From the NCBI GenBank assembly GCA_963666565.1, contig OY762911.1:3360001-3424000 (forward strand): a stretch of DNA of 64,000 nucleotides. The letters run 5' to 3'. Positions within the stretch are counted from its first letter, which is position 1. Every line of letters begins with the position of its first letter. A program made the position numbers and the translations under genes. This document shows, one piece after another, positions 40,537 through 50,017 of the stretch. This DNA comes from Thermoanaerobaculia bacterium. GTDB lineage: Bacteria; Acidobacteriota; Thermoanaerobaculia; Multivoradales; Multivoraceae. The notes under the pieces are model-generated. The model was given only the letters and a program-made list of their open reading frames with translations. It was not told where the DNA came from and did no database searches.

Positions 40537-42057
40537 TCAGACGCCGATCAGTCCGCCCGCGACGTAGACCCAGAACACGATCAGCACCAGGCCGATCAGG
40601 TTCAGCCACACCCCGGCCCGGACCATCTGCGGGATCGTGATCTCGCCGGAACCGAAGACGATCGCGTTGGGCGGCGTCGCCACCGGCATCATGAAGGCGC
40701 AGCTCGCCGCCAGCGTGGCGGGCACGATGAGGAGCAACGGGTCGACGTCGATGGCCGCCGCCGTCGCGCCGAGAATCGGCAGGAACGTGACCGTGGTGGC
40801 CGTGTTGCTGGTCACCTCGGTCAGCAGGATGAGCAGGGCGGCCGCTCCCAGCACGAGGATGAGCGGGGGCGTCCCTTCGAGCACCCGCAACAGCCCGCCG
40901 ATGAACTGGTCGACGCCGGTGGCGCGGATGGAGGCGGCGAGGCTCAGGCCGCCGCCGAAGAGCACGAGAATGCCCCAAGGGGCCTCCAGCGCCTTCTTCC
41001 AGCTCAGCAGGAAGACGCCGCGGCGCGGGTCGACCGGGGCCGCGAAGAGGCACAGGGCGGCGGCGATGGCGATTCCCGCGTCCGTCAGGCCCGAGAACGG
41101 CGCGACGCCGCCGATCTCGACCTGAACGAGCCAGCTCCCGGTGGTCCACAACGCCGCGGTGACGGCGAAGATGGCCAGCACGCCCTTCTCGGGACCCGAC
41201 ATCGGCCCCATCTTCCGCAGTTCGCTGCGGATGAGTTCCGCGCCCCCGGGCACCTCCCGGATACGCAGCGGAAAGGCGACGCGCGTCAGCACGATCCAGG
41301 CCAGGGGCAGGAACAGCACGCTCAGGCCGAGGCCGAACGGCAGCCAGTCGGCGAAGGTGATCTCGCGCCCGTAGGTGTCGCTCACGAACGCCATCATCTC
41401 CAGGTTGGGCGGCGTGCCGATCTTCGTCGCGACCCCGCCGATGGACGCCCCGTAGGCCGTTCCCAGAAGCAGGCAGATGGCGAACGGGAAGGTGGCGCCG
41501 GCCGGCGGCGCCTCGTCGCCCAGGCGCTGGCGGACGAGACCGATCACCGACAGGGCGATCGGCAGCATCATGACCGTCGTCGCCGTGTTCGATATCCACA
41601 TGCTGAGGGCGGCGCTGGCGATCATGAAGCCGAGCACCACGCGCCGGGGCCGGCTGCCGACGAGCAGGATGATGTGGAGCGCCATCCGCCGGTGAAGCCC
41701 CCAGGTCTGCATGGCCAGCGCGATCATGAAGCCGCCCAGGAAGAGGTAGATGTTCGGGTGGGCGTAGGGCGCCGCGACCTGCCGGATGCCGAGCTCGCCG
41801 CCGGTCAGGAACGGAATCGCCGCCAGGGGCAGCAGCGCCGTGGCCGGCACCGGCAGGGCCTCGGACAGCCACAGCGCCGCCATCAGGACGCCTACCGCCG
41901 CCACCGCGCGGCCGGCGCCGGAGAGGCCGGAGACGATCTCGCCGTCGGCGCCGACGGCGGCCTCCGGAATCGCGAAGTAGACCAGCGCCGCGAGGACCGG
42001 CGCTCCGATCAGCCCGACGCGGGCGAGCGCGCCGGCGCCGCGGTCCCGTTCACTCAC
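40537..42057 (-). CDS. SLC13/DASS family sodium:dicarboxylate or anion symporter
   Basis: SMWISNTAT, GTPPN, TEVTSNTAT, MPVATPPNAI. Confidence 0.92.
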   Translation of the reverse strand: MSERDRGAGALARVGLIGAPVLAALVYFAIPEAAVGADGEIVSGLSGAGRAVAAVGVLMAALWLSEALPVPATALLPLAAIPFLTGGELGIRQVAAPYAHPNIYLFLGGFMIALAMQTWGLHRRMALHIILLVGSRPRRVVLGFMIASAALSMWISNTATTVMMLPIALSVIGLVRQRLGDEAPPAGATFPFAICLLLGTAYGASIGGVATKIGTPPNLEMMAFVSDTYGREITFADWLPFGLGLSVLFLPLAWIVLTRVAFPLRIREVPGGAELIRSELRKMGPMSGPEKGVLAIFAVTAALWTTGSWLVQVEIGGVAPFSGLTDAGIAIAAALCLFAAPVDPRRGVFLLSWKKALEAPWGILVLFGGGLSLAASIRATGVDQFIGGLLRVLEGTPPLILVLGAAALLILLTEVTSNTATTVTFLPILGATAAAIDVDPLLLIVPATLAASCAFMMPVATPPNAIVFGSGEITIPQMVRAGVWLNLIGLVLIVFWVYVAGGLIGV

Positions 42058-43759
42058 TCCCCTCGCTGCCTCCTCGACGGACGTGGCGGCGGAGATAGGA
42101 CCTGGTCATCGTCGCGACCGCGCCCGAGAGCAGCAGCAGCGAGATCAGGTTCGGGAAGGACATGAGACCCAGGGCCACGTCGCCGAAGGTCCACACGGTG
42201 GTCAACGGCAGCAGGCAGCCCATGAAGAAGAAGCCGACGTAGACCCAGCGGTAGACGGGAATCGCCTTCGCGCCGAACAGGTACTCGGTCGAGCGGTCGC
42301 CGTAGTAGGACCAGGAGATCGCCGTCGAGATGGCGAACAGCAGGACCGACAGGGTGACGATCAGGTCGCCGCGGTCGCCCGGCAGGCCGAGACTGAAGGC
42401 CCGCGCCGTGAGCGGCGCCCCGTTCAGCAGAGCGCCTCCCTCGATCCTCGGTTCGGCGCCCTCGGCAAGGAGGGAACCGTCCGCGGCGAGTTCCAGCGTG
42501 CCGCTCCAGGCGGCGCCCTCGGCATCGACCACGCGTGCGTCGACGATCGTCGCGTGAAGGAAGACGAACGAGCCGCCGGCCGTTCCGTCCACGACCTGAA
42601 GCGCGCCGCCGCCCAGGCCGGATCGCTCCTCGCGCGCCGCGAGCAGCTCCGAGTCGTCGTCGAGGACCCGGTGAATGCCCTCGATCTCGTCGAGCCCGAA
42701 GCTCTGCGGCGCGGGATCGCGCCAGGCGTCCGTCGTCACGATGACCAGGCCGGTCATCGTGCAGATGACCAGGGTGTCGATGAACGGTTCGAGCGAAGCG
42801 ACGAGGCCCTCGCGCACCGGCTCGTCCGTCTTCGCCGTGGCGTGGGCGATCGGCGCGCTGCCCTGCCCCGCCTCGTTGCTGAACAGGCCGCGGCGGATGC
42901 CCCACATCATCGTCATCAGGAAGGAGCCGGCGGCGCCGCCGACCATCGAGGTCGGCCGGAACGCCTGCTCGACGATCAGGGCGAGGCTGGCCGGCACGCT
43001 CTCGATGTTCGCGAGCAGGATGAAGAGGGCGCCGCCGACGTAGATCACCGCCATGCCGGGGGCGAGAATCGAGGTCACCCGGCCGATGCGCCGGATGCCG
43101 CCGATGATGACCAGGGCCACGAGGGAAGCGAAGACCAGGCCGCTCCATACCGGCGCCAGGCCGAACTGGGATTCGAGCTGGTCGGCCATCGTGTTCGCCT
43201 GGTTCATGTTGCCGGTGCCGAAGGAACAGATGACGGCGAGGCCGGCGAACAGCATGGCCATCCACTTCCATTGCTGGCCAAGGCCCTTCTCGATGTAGTA
43301 CATCGGACCGCCGGAGACGGACCCGTCCTTGTGTACCTGCCGGTGGGCAACGGCCAGCGTGCACTCCGCGAACTTGAGCGCCATGCCGAAGAACGCAGTG
43401 ACCCACATCCAGAACAGCGCGCCGGGACCGCCCATGCGGATGGCGATGGCGACTCCGGCGATGTTGCCGATGCCGACGGTCGCGGAGAGGGCGGTGGTCA
43501 GCGCCTGGAAGTGGACCAGGTCGCCCTCGTCGTTCGGGTCGTTGTACTTGCCGCCGAGGATGGCCCAGGCGTGCCGGAAGCCGCGCAACTGGATCAGGCC
43601 CAGGCGGACGGTCACGAACAGGCCGGTGCCCAGCAGCACCAGGGCGAGGAGGGGCGCCTGCGGCGGCGTGTTCCAGACCACGCCCTCCAGCCAGCGCGCC
43701 ACCGGACCGAGCAGTCCGTTCACCCCATCCGCGATCGAACCGAACAGTTCCTCGGGCAT
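42050..43759 (-). CDS. Sodium:alanine/glycine symporter (AGCS family)
   Basis: SATVGIGNIAGVA, GGPGALFWMW, RGLFSNEAGQGSA. Confidence 0.93.
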   Translation of the reverse strand: MPEELFGSIADGVNGLLGPVARWLEGVVWNTPPQAPLLALVLLGTGLFVTVRLGLIQLRGFRHAWAILGGKYNDPNDEGDLVHFQALTTALSATVGIGNIAGVAIAIRMGGPGALFWMWVTAFFGMALKFAECTLAVAHRQVHKDGSVSGGPMYYIEKGLGQQWKWMAMLFAGLAVICSFGTGNMNQANTMADQLESQFGLAPVWSGLVFASLVALVIIGGIRRIGRVTSILAPGMAVIYVGGALFILLANIESVPASLALIVEQAFRPTSMVGGAAGSFLMTMMWGIRRGLFSNEAGQGSAPIAHATAKTDEPVREGLVASLEPFIDTLVICTMTGLVIVTTDAWRDPAPQSFGLDEIEGIHRVLDDDSELLAAREERSGLGGGALQVVDGTAGGSFVFLHATIVDARVVDAEGAAWSGTLELAADGSLLAEGAEPRIEGGALLNGAPLTARAFSLGLPGDRGDLIVTLSVLLFAISTAISWSYYGDRSTEYLFGAKAIPVYRWVYVGFFFMGCLLPLTTVWTFGDVALGLMSFPNLISLLLLSGAVATMTRSYLRRHVRRGGSEGSE

Positions 43760-43782
43760 CGTGCGTCAGTCTCCCCTGCCAG

Positions 43783-44946
43783 CTAGACGTAGTTGGCCGG
43801 ATGGCCGGTGGCGAAGACCAGAACGGACTCGCCGCGACGGATGGTACCGGAGTCCCTGAGCCGAACGACCGCCGCCATCGCCGCCGCCGTCTCGGGACCG
43901 ATCAGGAGCCCTTCCCGCGCCGCGATCGTCCGGGTCGTCTCCGCCACCAGATCCTCCTCAACGGCCACCGCCGTGCCGCCGCTCTCGCGCACCGCCCGCA
44001 GGACGAGGAAATCGCCGATCGCCTGCGGCACCCGCAGGCCCCACACCCGGGTCTCGGGCGACTCCCAGGGATCGGCCCGCTCGCCGCCGTCCCGGAAGGC
44101 CCGCACGATCGGAGCGCAGCCGGCCATCTGCACAACCGCGAACTTCGCGGGCGGCCCGCTGAGCAGGCCCAGTTCGCGCAACTCGGCGAACGCCTTCGCC
44201 ATGCCGACGATCCCCGTACCGCCGCCGGTCGGGTAGACGATCCAGTCCGGCAGCCGCCAGCCGAACTGCTCGGCGACCTCGAAGCCCATCGTCTTCTTGC
44301 CCTCGGCGCGGTAGGGCTCGCGCAGGGTCGAGAGATCCTGGAATCCGCCTCCACGTTCCCGCAGCGCGGCGCCGGCGTCGACCAGGGTGCCGCCCCCCTC
44401 GATCGTCTCCGCGCCGAAGAGGCGGCAGCGTTCGACGACGGTCGCCGGGGTGTCTTCCGGCACCGCCACGCGGCACGGCAGACCGGCAGCGGCCGCGTAG
44501 GCGGCGGCCGAGACGCCCGCGTTGCCGGCGCTCGGAACCTGGACGCCGGGGGCACCGAGTTCCCGGGCCCGGTTCACGGCCACGGAAAGCCCCCGGTCCT
44601 TGAAGGAACCCGTCGGATTGCCCGCCTCGTTCTTGACGAAGAGCCGAACGCCTTCGGGAGCCGAGCGACGGAGCCTCGCCACGGGGGTTCCCCCTTCGCC
44701 GAGATCGACCCGGCCGTGGAAGTCGGCCAGCGGCAGCAACTCGCGGTAGCGCCAGAGCGTCCACGGCCGGTGCCGAAGATCGCGCGCGAGCGCCCGGCCC
44801 CGCCGCGGGTCCAGCCGGTAGCTCACCAGCCACGGCTTGCCGGCGGGCGAGAGGAAGGCAGGCTCGTCCAGGGGCGCCTCGACACCGGTGGCGGAACAGA
44901 CCAGGCGGTCCGCCCAACCCTCTCTGCTCCGGTCGTCCGCGGCCAT
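43783..44946 (-). CDS. thrC: Threonine synthase (PLP fold II)
   Basis: LWRYRELLP, LGEGGTP, NPTGSFKDRG, YPTGGGTG. Confidence 0.85.
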   Translation of the reverse strand: MAADDRSREGWADRLVCSATGVEAPLDEPAFLSPAGKPWLVSYRLDPRRGRALARDLRHRPWTLWRYRELLPLADFHGRVDLGEGGTPVARLRRSAPEGVRLFVKNEAGNPTGSFKDRGLSVAVNRARELGAPGVQVPSAGNAGVSAAAYAAAAGLPCRVAVPEDTPATVVERCRLFGAETIEGGGTLVDAGAALRERGGGFQDLSTLREPYRAEGKKTMGFEVAEQFGWRLPDWIVYPTGGGTGIVGMAKAFAELRELGLLSGPPAKFAVVQMAGCAPIVRAFRDGGERADPWESPETRVWGLRVPQAIGDFLVLRAVRESGGTAVAVEEDLVAETTRTIAAREGLLIGPETAAAMAAVVRLRDSGTIRRGESVLVFATGHPANYV

Positions 44947-45042
44947 CCTCCGATCCCCCCGGCGAACCCTACCAGCGCGGCCCGGACGGCGCCGTCCAGT
45001 TGTACACAAGCCATTGAAAAACAACAACTTAGGGCGAAACTG

Positions 45043-45051
45043 TGCTATCAT
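45043..45051 (+). promoter_or_regulatory. Putative extended -10 promoter for the kinase-like gene
   Basis: TG-C-TATCAT within the AT-rich divergent intergenic region. Confidence 0.45.
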
Positions 45052-45084
45052 TGCCGCCTCGCATCAATATCTGGGCATTCGCGC

Positions 45085-46926
45085 ATGAGTCAACGTATCG
45101 GTCGTTTCGAGATCCTCCGCCGCCTGGAGGCGAGAGCCGAAGCGGCCTCGTACCTGGGCCGCGACACCCGGGACGACGGTTCCGTCATCGTCGACACCTG
45201 GACCGACGAGACAGCCGAAGCCCAGGCCCTGTTCCTGCAGCGCGCCGCCGCGGTCGAACGTCTGGAGCACGACTCGATCGCCCGCATCCTCGACTTCGGG
45301 ATCGACGGCTCGACCTCCTGCCGGATCGAGCAGTCCCGGGGCAACGAAACGCTGGCGGCCCGCCTGGAACGCTGCGACGAACTGCCCATCCGGACCGCCC
45401 TGGGCTGGCTGGCCCAGGTCGCGCGGGCGCTGGAGTACGCGCACAGCCGGGGAGTCGTGCACGGAGACCTCCACCCGGGAGAGATCGCGATCCGCTCGGA
45501 CGACGCGGTCACCGTTCGCGGGTTCGCGAATCCGCGGCCGCGGGCGCACGTCCGCTACCAGGCACCGGAACTGCTGCGCGGCGAGACGACCGACGCGCGA
45601 ACGGACGTCTACGCGTTCGGCGTACTCGCACACCGGGCCCTGACCTTCCGGGCCGGCGAGCGGCGGATGCCCGCGCGCCGGCTCAGGCCGAAGGACCGGC
45701 GTCTCCTGCGGAAGACGATCAGGGAGCAACTCGAGCCGCACGTCGCGCGATCGCTGACGCCGGTTCTCGAAGCCTGCCTGAAGGACGATCCCGGCAAGCG
45801 CGCGGCGAGCTTCACCCCGGTCGTGAGCGCCCTGGAGGGCGCGCACCAGGAGCTCGTCGCCGCGGCCGCGAACGAAGAGGCGGCGCCGGCCGAACCGAAC
45901 GACTGGACGGAAGCCGCGGTTCTGAACGAGCCCGGGACCTCCGATTCCGCCCTCGTCGACGTCGAACTCGACGGAGGCGCCCCGGCGCCCGACGCCTCCT
46001 CCCCCGCCCCCAGCCTCGACAGCGTCGCCGACGCGATCCGGCGACCGCCCCGTTCCCGCCTGCGGCGCCGCTGGCTGACCTTCGCGACGGTCGCCGGCAC
46101 CGCGCTCTGGCTCGGCGGCACGCTGTGGTGGTCCAAGGGCAGTCCGCTCGCCGGCTCGGAAGCCCCCGCGGCGCGGACTGAGTCCCCGGCCGCGGCCCGC
46201 CCGTCCCCCACTGAGAAAGAGGCCGCGGCCGGCGAGGCCGCGAAGCCAGCCGAACGGCCAGCGAGCGCCGGCGCCCCGAAGGACGCGGCGCTCCCGTCCC
46301 TCGAAGCGGGCCCGCCCCCCGCCGGCAGCGGCGTCGGCCGCCTCGCCCTGGCGCCCGCCTGGGACCCGGACATCACCGTCTCCATCGACGGCGAACCGCC
46401 CGTGGGACTCGATCGACGGAGGGTGTTCGAAGTCGAGGCCGATGTCGACCACGTGCTGACCTTCGAACTCGCCACCCGCGACTACCAGATCCGGGAGCAG
46501 GTCGTCACCCAGGTCGGCCTCGGCCGCCTGCTGGAAACGCCGGTGCCGCTCGTCCGGCCCGGCGCCGTCAGCATCGCTCCGGCGTCCGACTCGGAGCGGG
46601 AGCGGCCCGTCTTCGTCCGCATCGGCGACGAGGCGATCGGCTGGACGCCCATCCTCCGCCTGCCCCTGCCGGCGGGCGACCACGTCGTCAGCCTGCTCCG
46701 CAATCCGACCTGGCGGCCGGAGGACAGGATCGACCACCGGATCCGCGTGAGGTCCCGGCAGGAGACGACGGTGCGCTTCGACCTGGAAGCCGAGCCGCCC
46801 GTCCTGATCGTCGACGGCCGCGCGGTCGGCGACGTGCCGCCGGCGACGGAGGCGGCGCCCGAAGCCGCGGTCCGGGCTTCGGACGCGGCCGCGCGCCCGG
46901 CGTCCGCCGCGACGCCGACCGACTGA
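45085..46926 (+). CDS. Membrane-anchored Hanks-type Ser/Thr kinase-like protein (probable pseudokinase)
   Basis: IGRFEILRRL, ALEYAHSRGVVHGDL, YQAPE, DARTDVYAFG; one TM helix and a C-terminal beta-rich (PEGA-like) region. Confidence 0.8.
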   Translation: MSQRIGRFEILRRLEARAEAASYLGRDTRDDGSVIVDTWTDETAEAQALFLQRAAAVERLEHDSIARILDFGIDGSTSCRIEQSRGNETLAARLERCDELPIRTALGWLAQVARALEYAHSRGVVHGDLHPGEIAIRSDDAVTVRGFANPRPRAHVRYQAPELLRGETTDARTDVYAFGVLAHRALTFRAGERRMPARRLRPKDRRLLRKTIREQLEPHVARSLTPVLEACLKDDPGKRAASFTPVVSALEGAHQELVAAAANEEAAPAEPNDWTEAAVLNEPGTSDSALVDVELDGGAPAPDASSPAPSLDSVADAIRRPPRSRLRRRWLTFATVAGTALWLGGTLWWSKGSPLAGSEAPAARTESPAAARPSPTEKEAAAGEAAKPAERPASAGAPKDAALPSLEAGPPPAGSGVGRLALAPAWDPDITVSIDGEPPVGLDRRRVFEVEADVDHVLTFELATRDYQIREQVVTQVGLGRLLETPVPLVRPGAVSIAPASDSERERPVFVRIGDEAIGWTPILRLPLPAGDHVVSLLRNPTWRPEDRIDHRIRVRSRQETTVRFDLEAEPPVLIVDGRAVGDVPPATEAAPEAAVRASDAAARPASAATPTD

Positions 46927-47000
46927 ACGCCACGGGCGCCTGGGCCAGACCCTGAGCGGCCGGGTGCTGTAGGCTGACCGGGAAAGGACGCCGAGGGACG

Positions 47001-47993
47001 ATGGCCGAGACGATCGAGTTGACGGCGCCGCCCGCGACGACCGCCGCGAAGGACGAGCAGGCCCTCGAAGTCAGCGTACTCGTGCCGGTCCTCAACGAGA
47101 GTGCGACGGTGTCCACCCTGGCCCGGCGCGTCCTCGCGAACCTGGACTCCATCGGCGTCCGGGCGGAGGTCGTGTTCATCGACGACGGCTCGACCGACGA
47201 CACCGCGGATCTCGTTCGCCGCGAGCACGACCGCGACCCTCGCGTGCGGCTCGTCCGGCTGCGCCGGAACTTCGGCAAGGCGGCCGCGCTCTCCGCCGGC
47301 GTCGACCACTCCAGCGGCCGGATTCTGGTGACGATGGACGGCGACCTGCAGGACGACCCGGACGAGATTCCCCGTCTGCTGCAGGCGCTGGAGGACGGCC
47401 CCCTCGACCTGGTCTCCGGCTGGAAGCGCACCCGGCGCGATCCGTGGCGCCGCCGGCTCGCCTCCAGGGTCTTCAACTGGGTGACGCGCACCCTCTCGAA
47501 CGTCCGGCTCCACGACTTCAATTCCGGCTTCAAGGCCTACCGCCGGGAAGTTCTGGAGCAGGTCGCCGTCTACGGCGAGCTGCATCGCTACATTCCGGTG
47601 CTCGCCAGCCGCCGCGGCTTTCTCGTCGGCGAGCTCCCGGTGGCGCACCATCCCCGCCGCGCCGGCCGCAGCCGCTACGGCTGGGACCGCTCGTACAAGG
47701 GGCCGGTCGACCTGATCACGGTGCTGTTCATCAGCCGCTTCACCCGCCGCCCGCTGCACCTGTTCGGCCCCATCGGTCTGATCAGCTTCGCCGCGGGCCT
47801 GGGCATCTGTTCCTACCTCGCGGCGCTGTGGTTCGCCGGCGCCTCCCTCTCCAACCGGCCGCTGCTGCTGCTCGGGGTCCTGCTGATGGTGCTGGGAATT
47901 CAGATCGTCACGACCGGGCTCATCGGCGAACTGATCACCTTCAAGAACTTCCGCCGGCCGGACAGCTACTCCGTGCGCGAGCGGGTCGGCTGA
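47001..47993 (+). CDS. GT2 polyprenyl-phosphate glycosyltransferase (ArnC/DPM1-like)
   Basis: DDGSTD, RNFGKAAA, MDGDLQDDP, two C-terminal TM helices. Confidence 0.9.
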   Translation: MAETIELTAPPATTAAKDEQALEVSVLVPVLNESATVSTLARRVLANLDSIGVRAEVVFIDDGSTDDTADLVRREHDRDPRVRLVRLRRNFGKAAALSAGVDHSSGRILVTMDGDLQDDPDEIPRLLQALEDGPLDLVSGWKRTRRDPWRRRLASRVFNWVTRTLSNVRLHDFNSGFKAYRREVLEQVAVYGELHRYIPVLASRRGFLVGELPVAHHPRRAGRSRYGWDRSYKGPVDLITVLFISRFTRRPLHLFGPIGLISFAAGLGICSYLAALWFAGASLSNRPLLLLGVLLMVLGIQIVTTGLIGELITFKNFRRPDSYSVRERVG

Positions 47994-48023
47994 ACCCGGA
48001 TCTCCGCCGGCAGGAGCGCGACG

Positions 48024-49280
48024 CTGCGCATCCTCTTCCTCACCCAGACCTATCCACGCTGGCCGGGCGACGGGGCCGGCCCGTTCATCCGGGAGCTGGC
48101 CCGCGGGCTGGTGCGAGCCGGCGACCGGGTGACCGTCCTCGCGCCGCGGGCGCCCCAGGTGCGCCGCGCCTGGAACGACGACGGCGTCGAGGTCCGCTCC
48201 TTCGCCTACGCTCCCCGGCGACTCGAGCTGCTCGGCTACGGCCGGAGCCTCGCGGCGGACGAACGTGTCCGGCCGGGCGCCGCGCTGGCGGCGCCGCTCT
48301 ACCTGCGGGCAGCGGCGGCGGCGACAGGACGCCTCCTGGCGCGCGGGCGCTTCGACGTGCTCCACGCCCACTGGGTCGCGCCCAACGGGCTGGTGGCGTT
48401 GTGGCCGGGAATCCTGCGGCGGGGCGCCCTGATCGCCGCCGGACTCCACGGCAGCGACGTGTTCCTGGCCGAGAAGGCGCTGGTCCGCCCCGCCGTCCGC
48501 CGCGCGCTGGCCCGCTGCGGGCTGCTCACCGGTTGCTCGCCCGAGCTAGTCGAGAGGGTGCGGCGGATCGGCTTCGAGGGCAAGCCGTCCCGGGTCATTC
48601 CCTACGGCGTCGACGTCGAGATGTTCCGTCCGGCGGCCGAGAGATCGGCGGCGTCGGGCGAAGGCGGCTGGCGCCAACGCCTGGGCATCCCGGCGGACGC
48701 CGCCCTCCTGCTCGGCGTCGGCCGGCTGGCGACGAAGAAGGGCTTCCAGGTGCTGATCGACGTCCTTCCCGACCTGCTCGCCCGGTTTCGCGACCTGCAC
48801 GCGATCGTCGCCGGCGACGGCGACCGGATGCCGGAGTTCCGGGCCGCGGTCGCCGGCTGGAGTGCCGAGCATGCCGCCCGGATGCACCTTCCCGGCGGCG
48901 TCGCCCACGACGATCTGCCCGCCCTCTACCGGAGCGCGGACCTGTTCGTCCTTCCGGCCGTCCACGACCCCCAGGGGAACGTCGACGGCCTGCCGAACGT
49001 GATCCTGGAGGCGCTGGCGAGCGGCCTGCCGGTGGTGGCGAGCGGGATCTCCGGCATTCCGCTGGCGGTCGAGTCGGGCGTGCAGGGCGTCCTCGTGCCC
49101 GAGCAGGACCGGCCGGCGCTCCGGGAGGCCGTCGCCGGGCTGCTGGCCAACCCGGAACGGCGCCGCCAGATGGGCGCCCGCGCCCGCGCCCGCGCCGTCT
49201 CCGAACTGACCTGGGACATGGCGGCCGGAAAGTACCGGCAGGCCTACCTCGACGCTCTGGCGGAGGACGCCTCGCCGTGA
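48024..49280 (+). CDS. GT4 family glycosyltransferase
   Basis: LRILFLTQTYPRW N-terminus, HGSDV, DGLPNVILEALASG; probable CTG start. Confidence 0.88.
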   Translation: MRILFLTQTYPRWPGDGAGPFIRELARGLVRAGDRVTVLAPRAPQVRRAWNDDGVEVRSFAYAPRRLELLGYGRSLAADERVRPGAALAAPLYLRAAAAATGRLLARGRFDVLHAHWVAPNGLVALWPGILRRGALIAAGLHGSDVFLAEKALVRPAVRRALARCGLLTGCSPELVERVRRIGFEGKPSRVIPYGVDVEMFRPAAERSAASGEGGWRQRLGIPADAALLLGVGRLATKKGFQVLIDVLPDLLARFRDLHAIVAGDGDRMPEFRAAVAGWSAEHAARMHLPGGVAHDDLPALYRSADLFVLPAVHDPQGNVDGLPNVILEALASGLPVVASGISGIPLAVESGVQGVLVPEQDRPALREAVAGLLANPERRRQMGARARARAVSELTWDMAAGKYRQAYLDALAEDASP

Positions 49281-50017
49281 GTCGCTCCGCCGACGACCGG
49301 CCCCTCGATCCGCGGCGCCGGAGACTCTGGTGGACGGTCCTCGGCGCCGCGATGACGCTGCCCACCGTGGCGTCGCTCGCCTACTTCGTCTGGCTCGAGG
49401 GCACGGCCTGGGTGGCGCCGGTGTACCTGGGGACCAAGGCGCTCCAGTTCGCCGGCCCGCTGGCGGCGCTGGGCGCCCTGCTGGCGGCGAGGTTCGGAAC
49501 GGCGAGACCGGGCCGGTCGGTCGCCCTGGGACTGGGCACCGGAATCGCCGGGGCCGCCGGCACGTGGTTCTCCTACGCGCTTCTCCTTCGCGGCGGCGAG
49601 ATGGCCTCCACCGCCGCCGGGGCGATCGCGGTCAAGCTGGCCGACTTTCGTCTCGACACGCTGGAGCGCTACGTCGCGGCGGCCATCCTGATCAGCTTCG
49701 TCCACTCCTGGCTCGAGGAGGTCTACTGGCGAGCCTTCGTCTACGGCCGGCTGCGCCGGCTGACGTCTTCCGGGTGGTCGCACCCGGTGGCCGCCGTCGG
49801 CTTCGCCGCCCACCACGTGGTGGTCATCGGCGTCTACCTCGGCGACGCCCCGGTCCTCGTGCTGGCCCTCATGTCGCTGCCGGTCGTCCTCGGGGGCATC
49901 CTGTGGTCGCTCCTCTACCGCGCCACGGGCAACCGCCTGCTGGCGCCCTGGCTCAGCCATGTCTGTCTCGACCTCGCCATCATGTTCGTGGGCTACGACC
50001 TGATCTTCGGCGGCTGA
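49277..50017 (+). CDS. CPBP (Abi/CAAX) family intramembrane glutamic endopeptidase
   Basis: EEVYWR, FAAHH and SHxxxD motifs; multiple TM helices. Confidence 0.85.
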   Translation: MSRSADDRPLDPRRRRLWWTVLGAAMTLPTVASLAYFVWLEGTAWVAPVYLGTKALQFAGPLAALGALLAARFGTARPGRSVALGLGTGIAGAAGTWFSYALLLRGGEMASTAAGAIAVKLADFRLDTLERYVAAAILISFVHSWLEEVYWRAFVYGRLRRLTSSGWSHPVAAVGFAAHHVVVIGVYLGDAPVLVLALMSLPVVLGGILWSLLYRATGNRLLAPWLSHVCLDLAIMFVGYDLIFGG

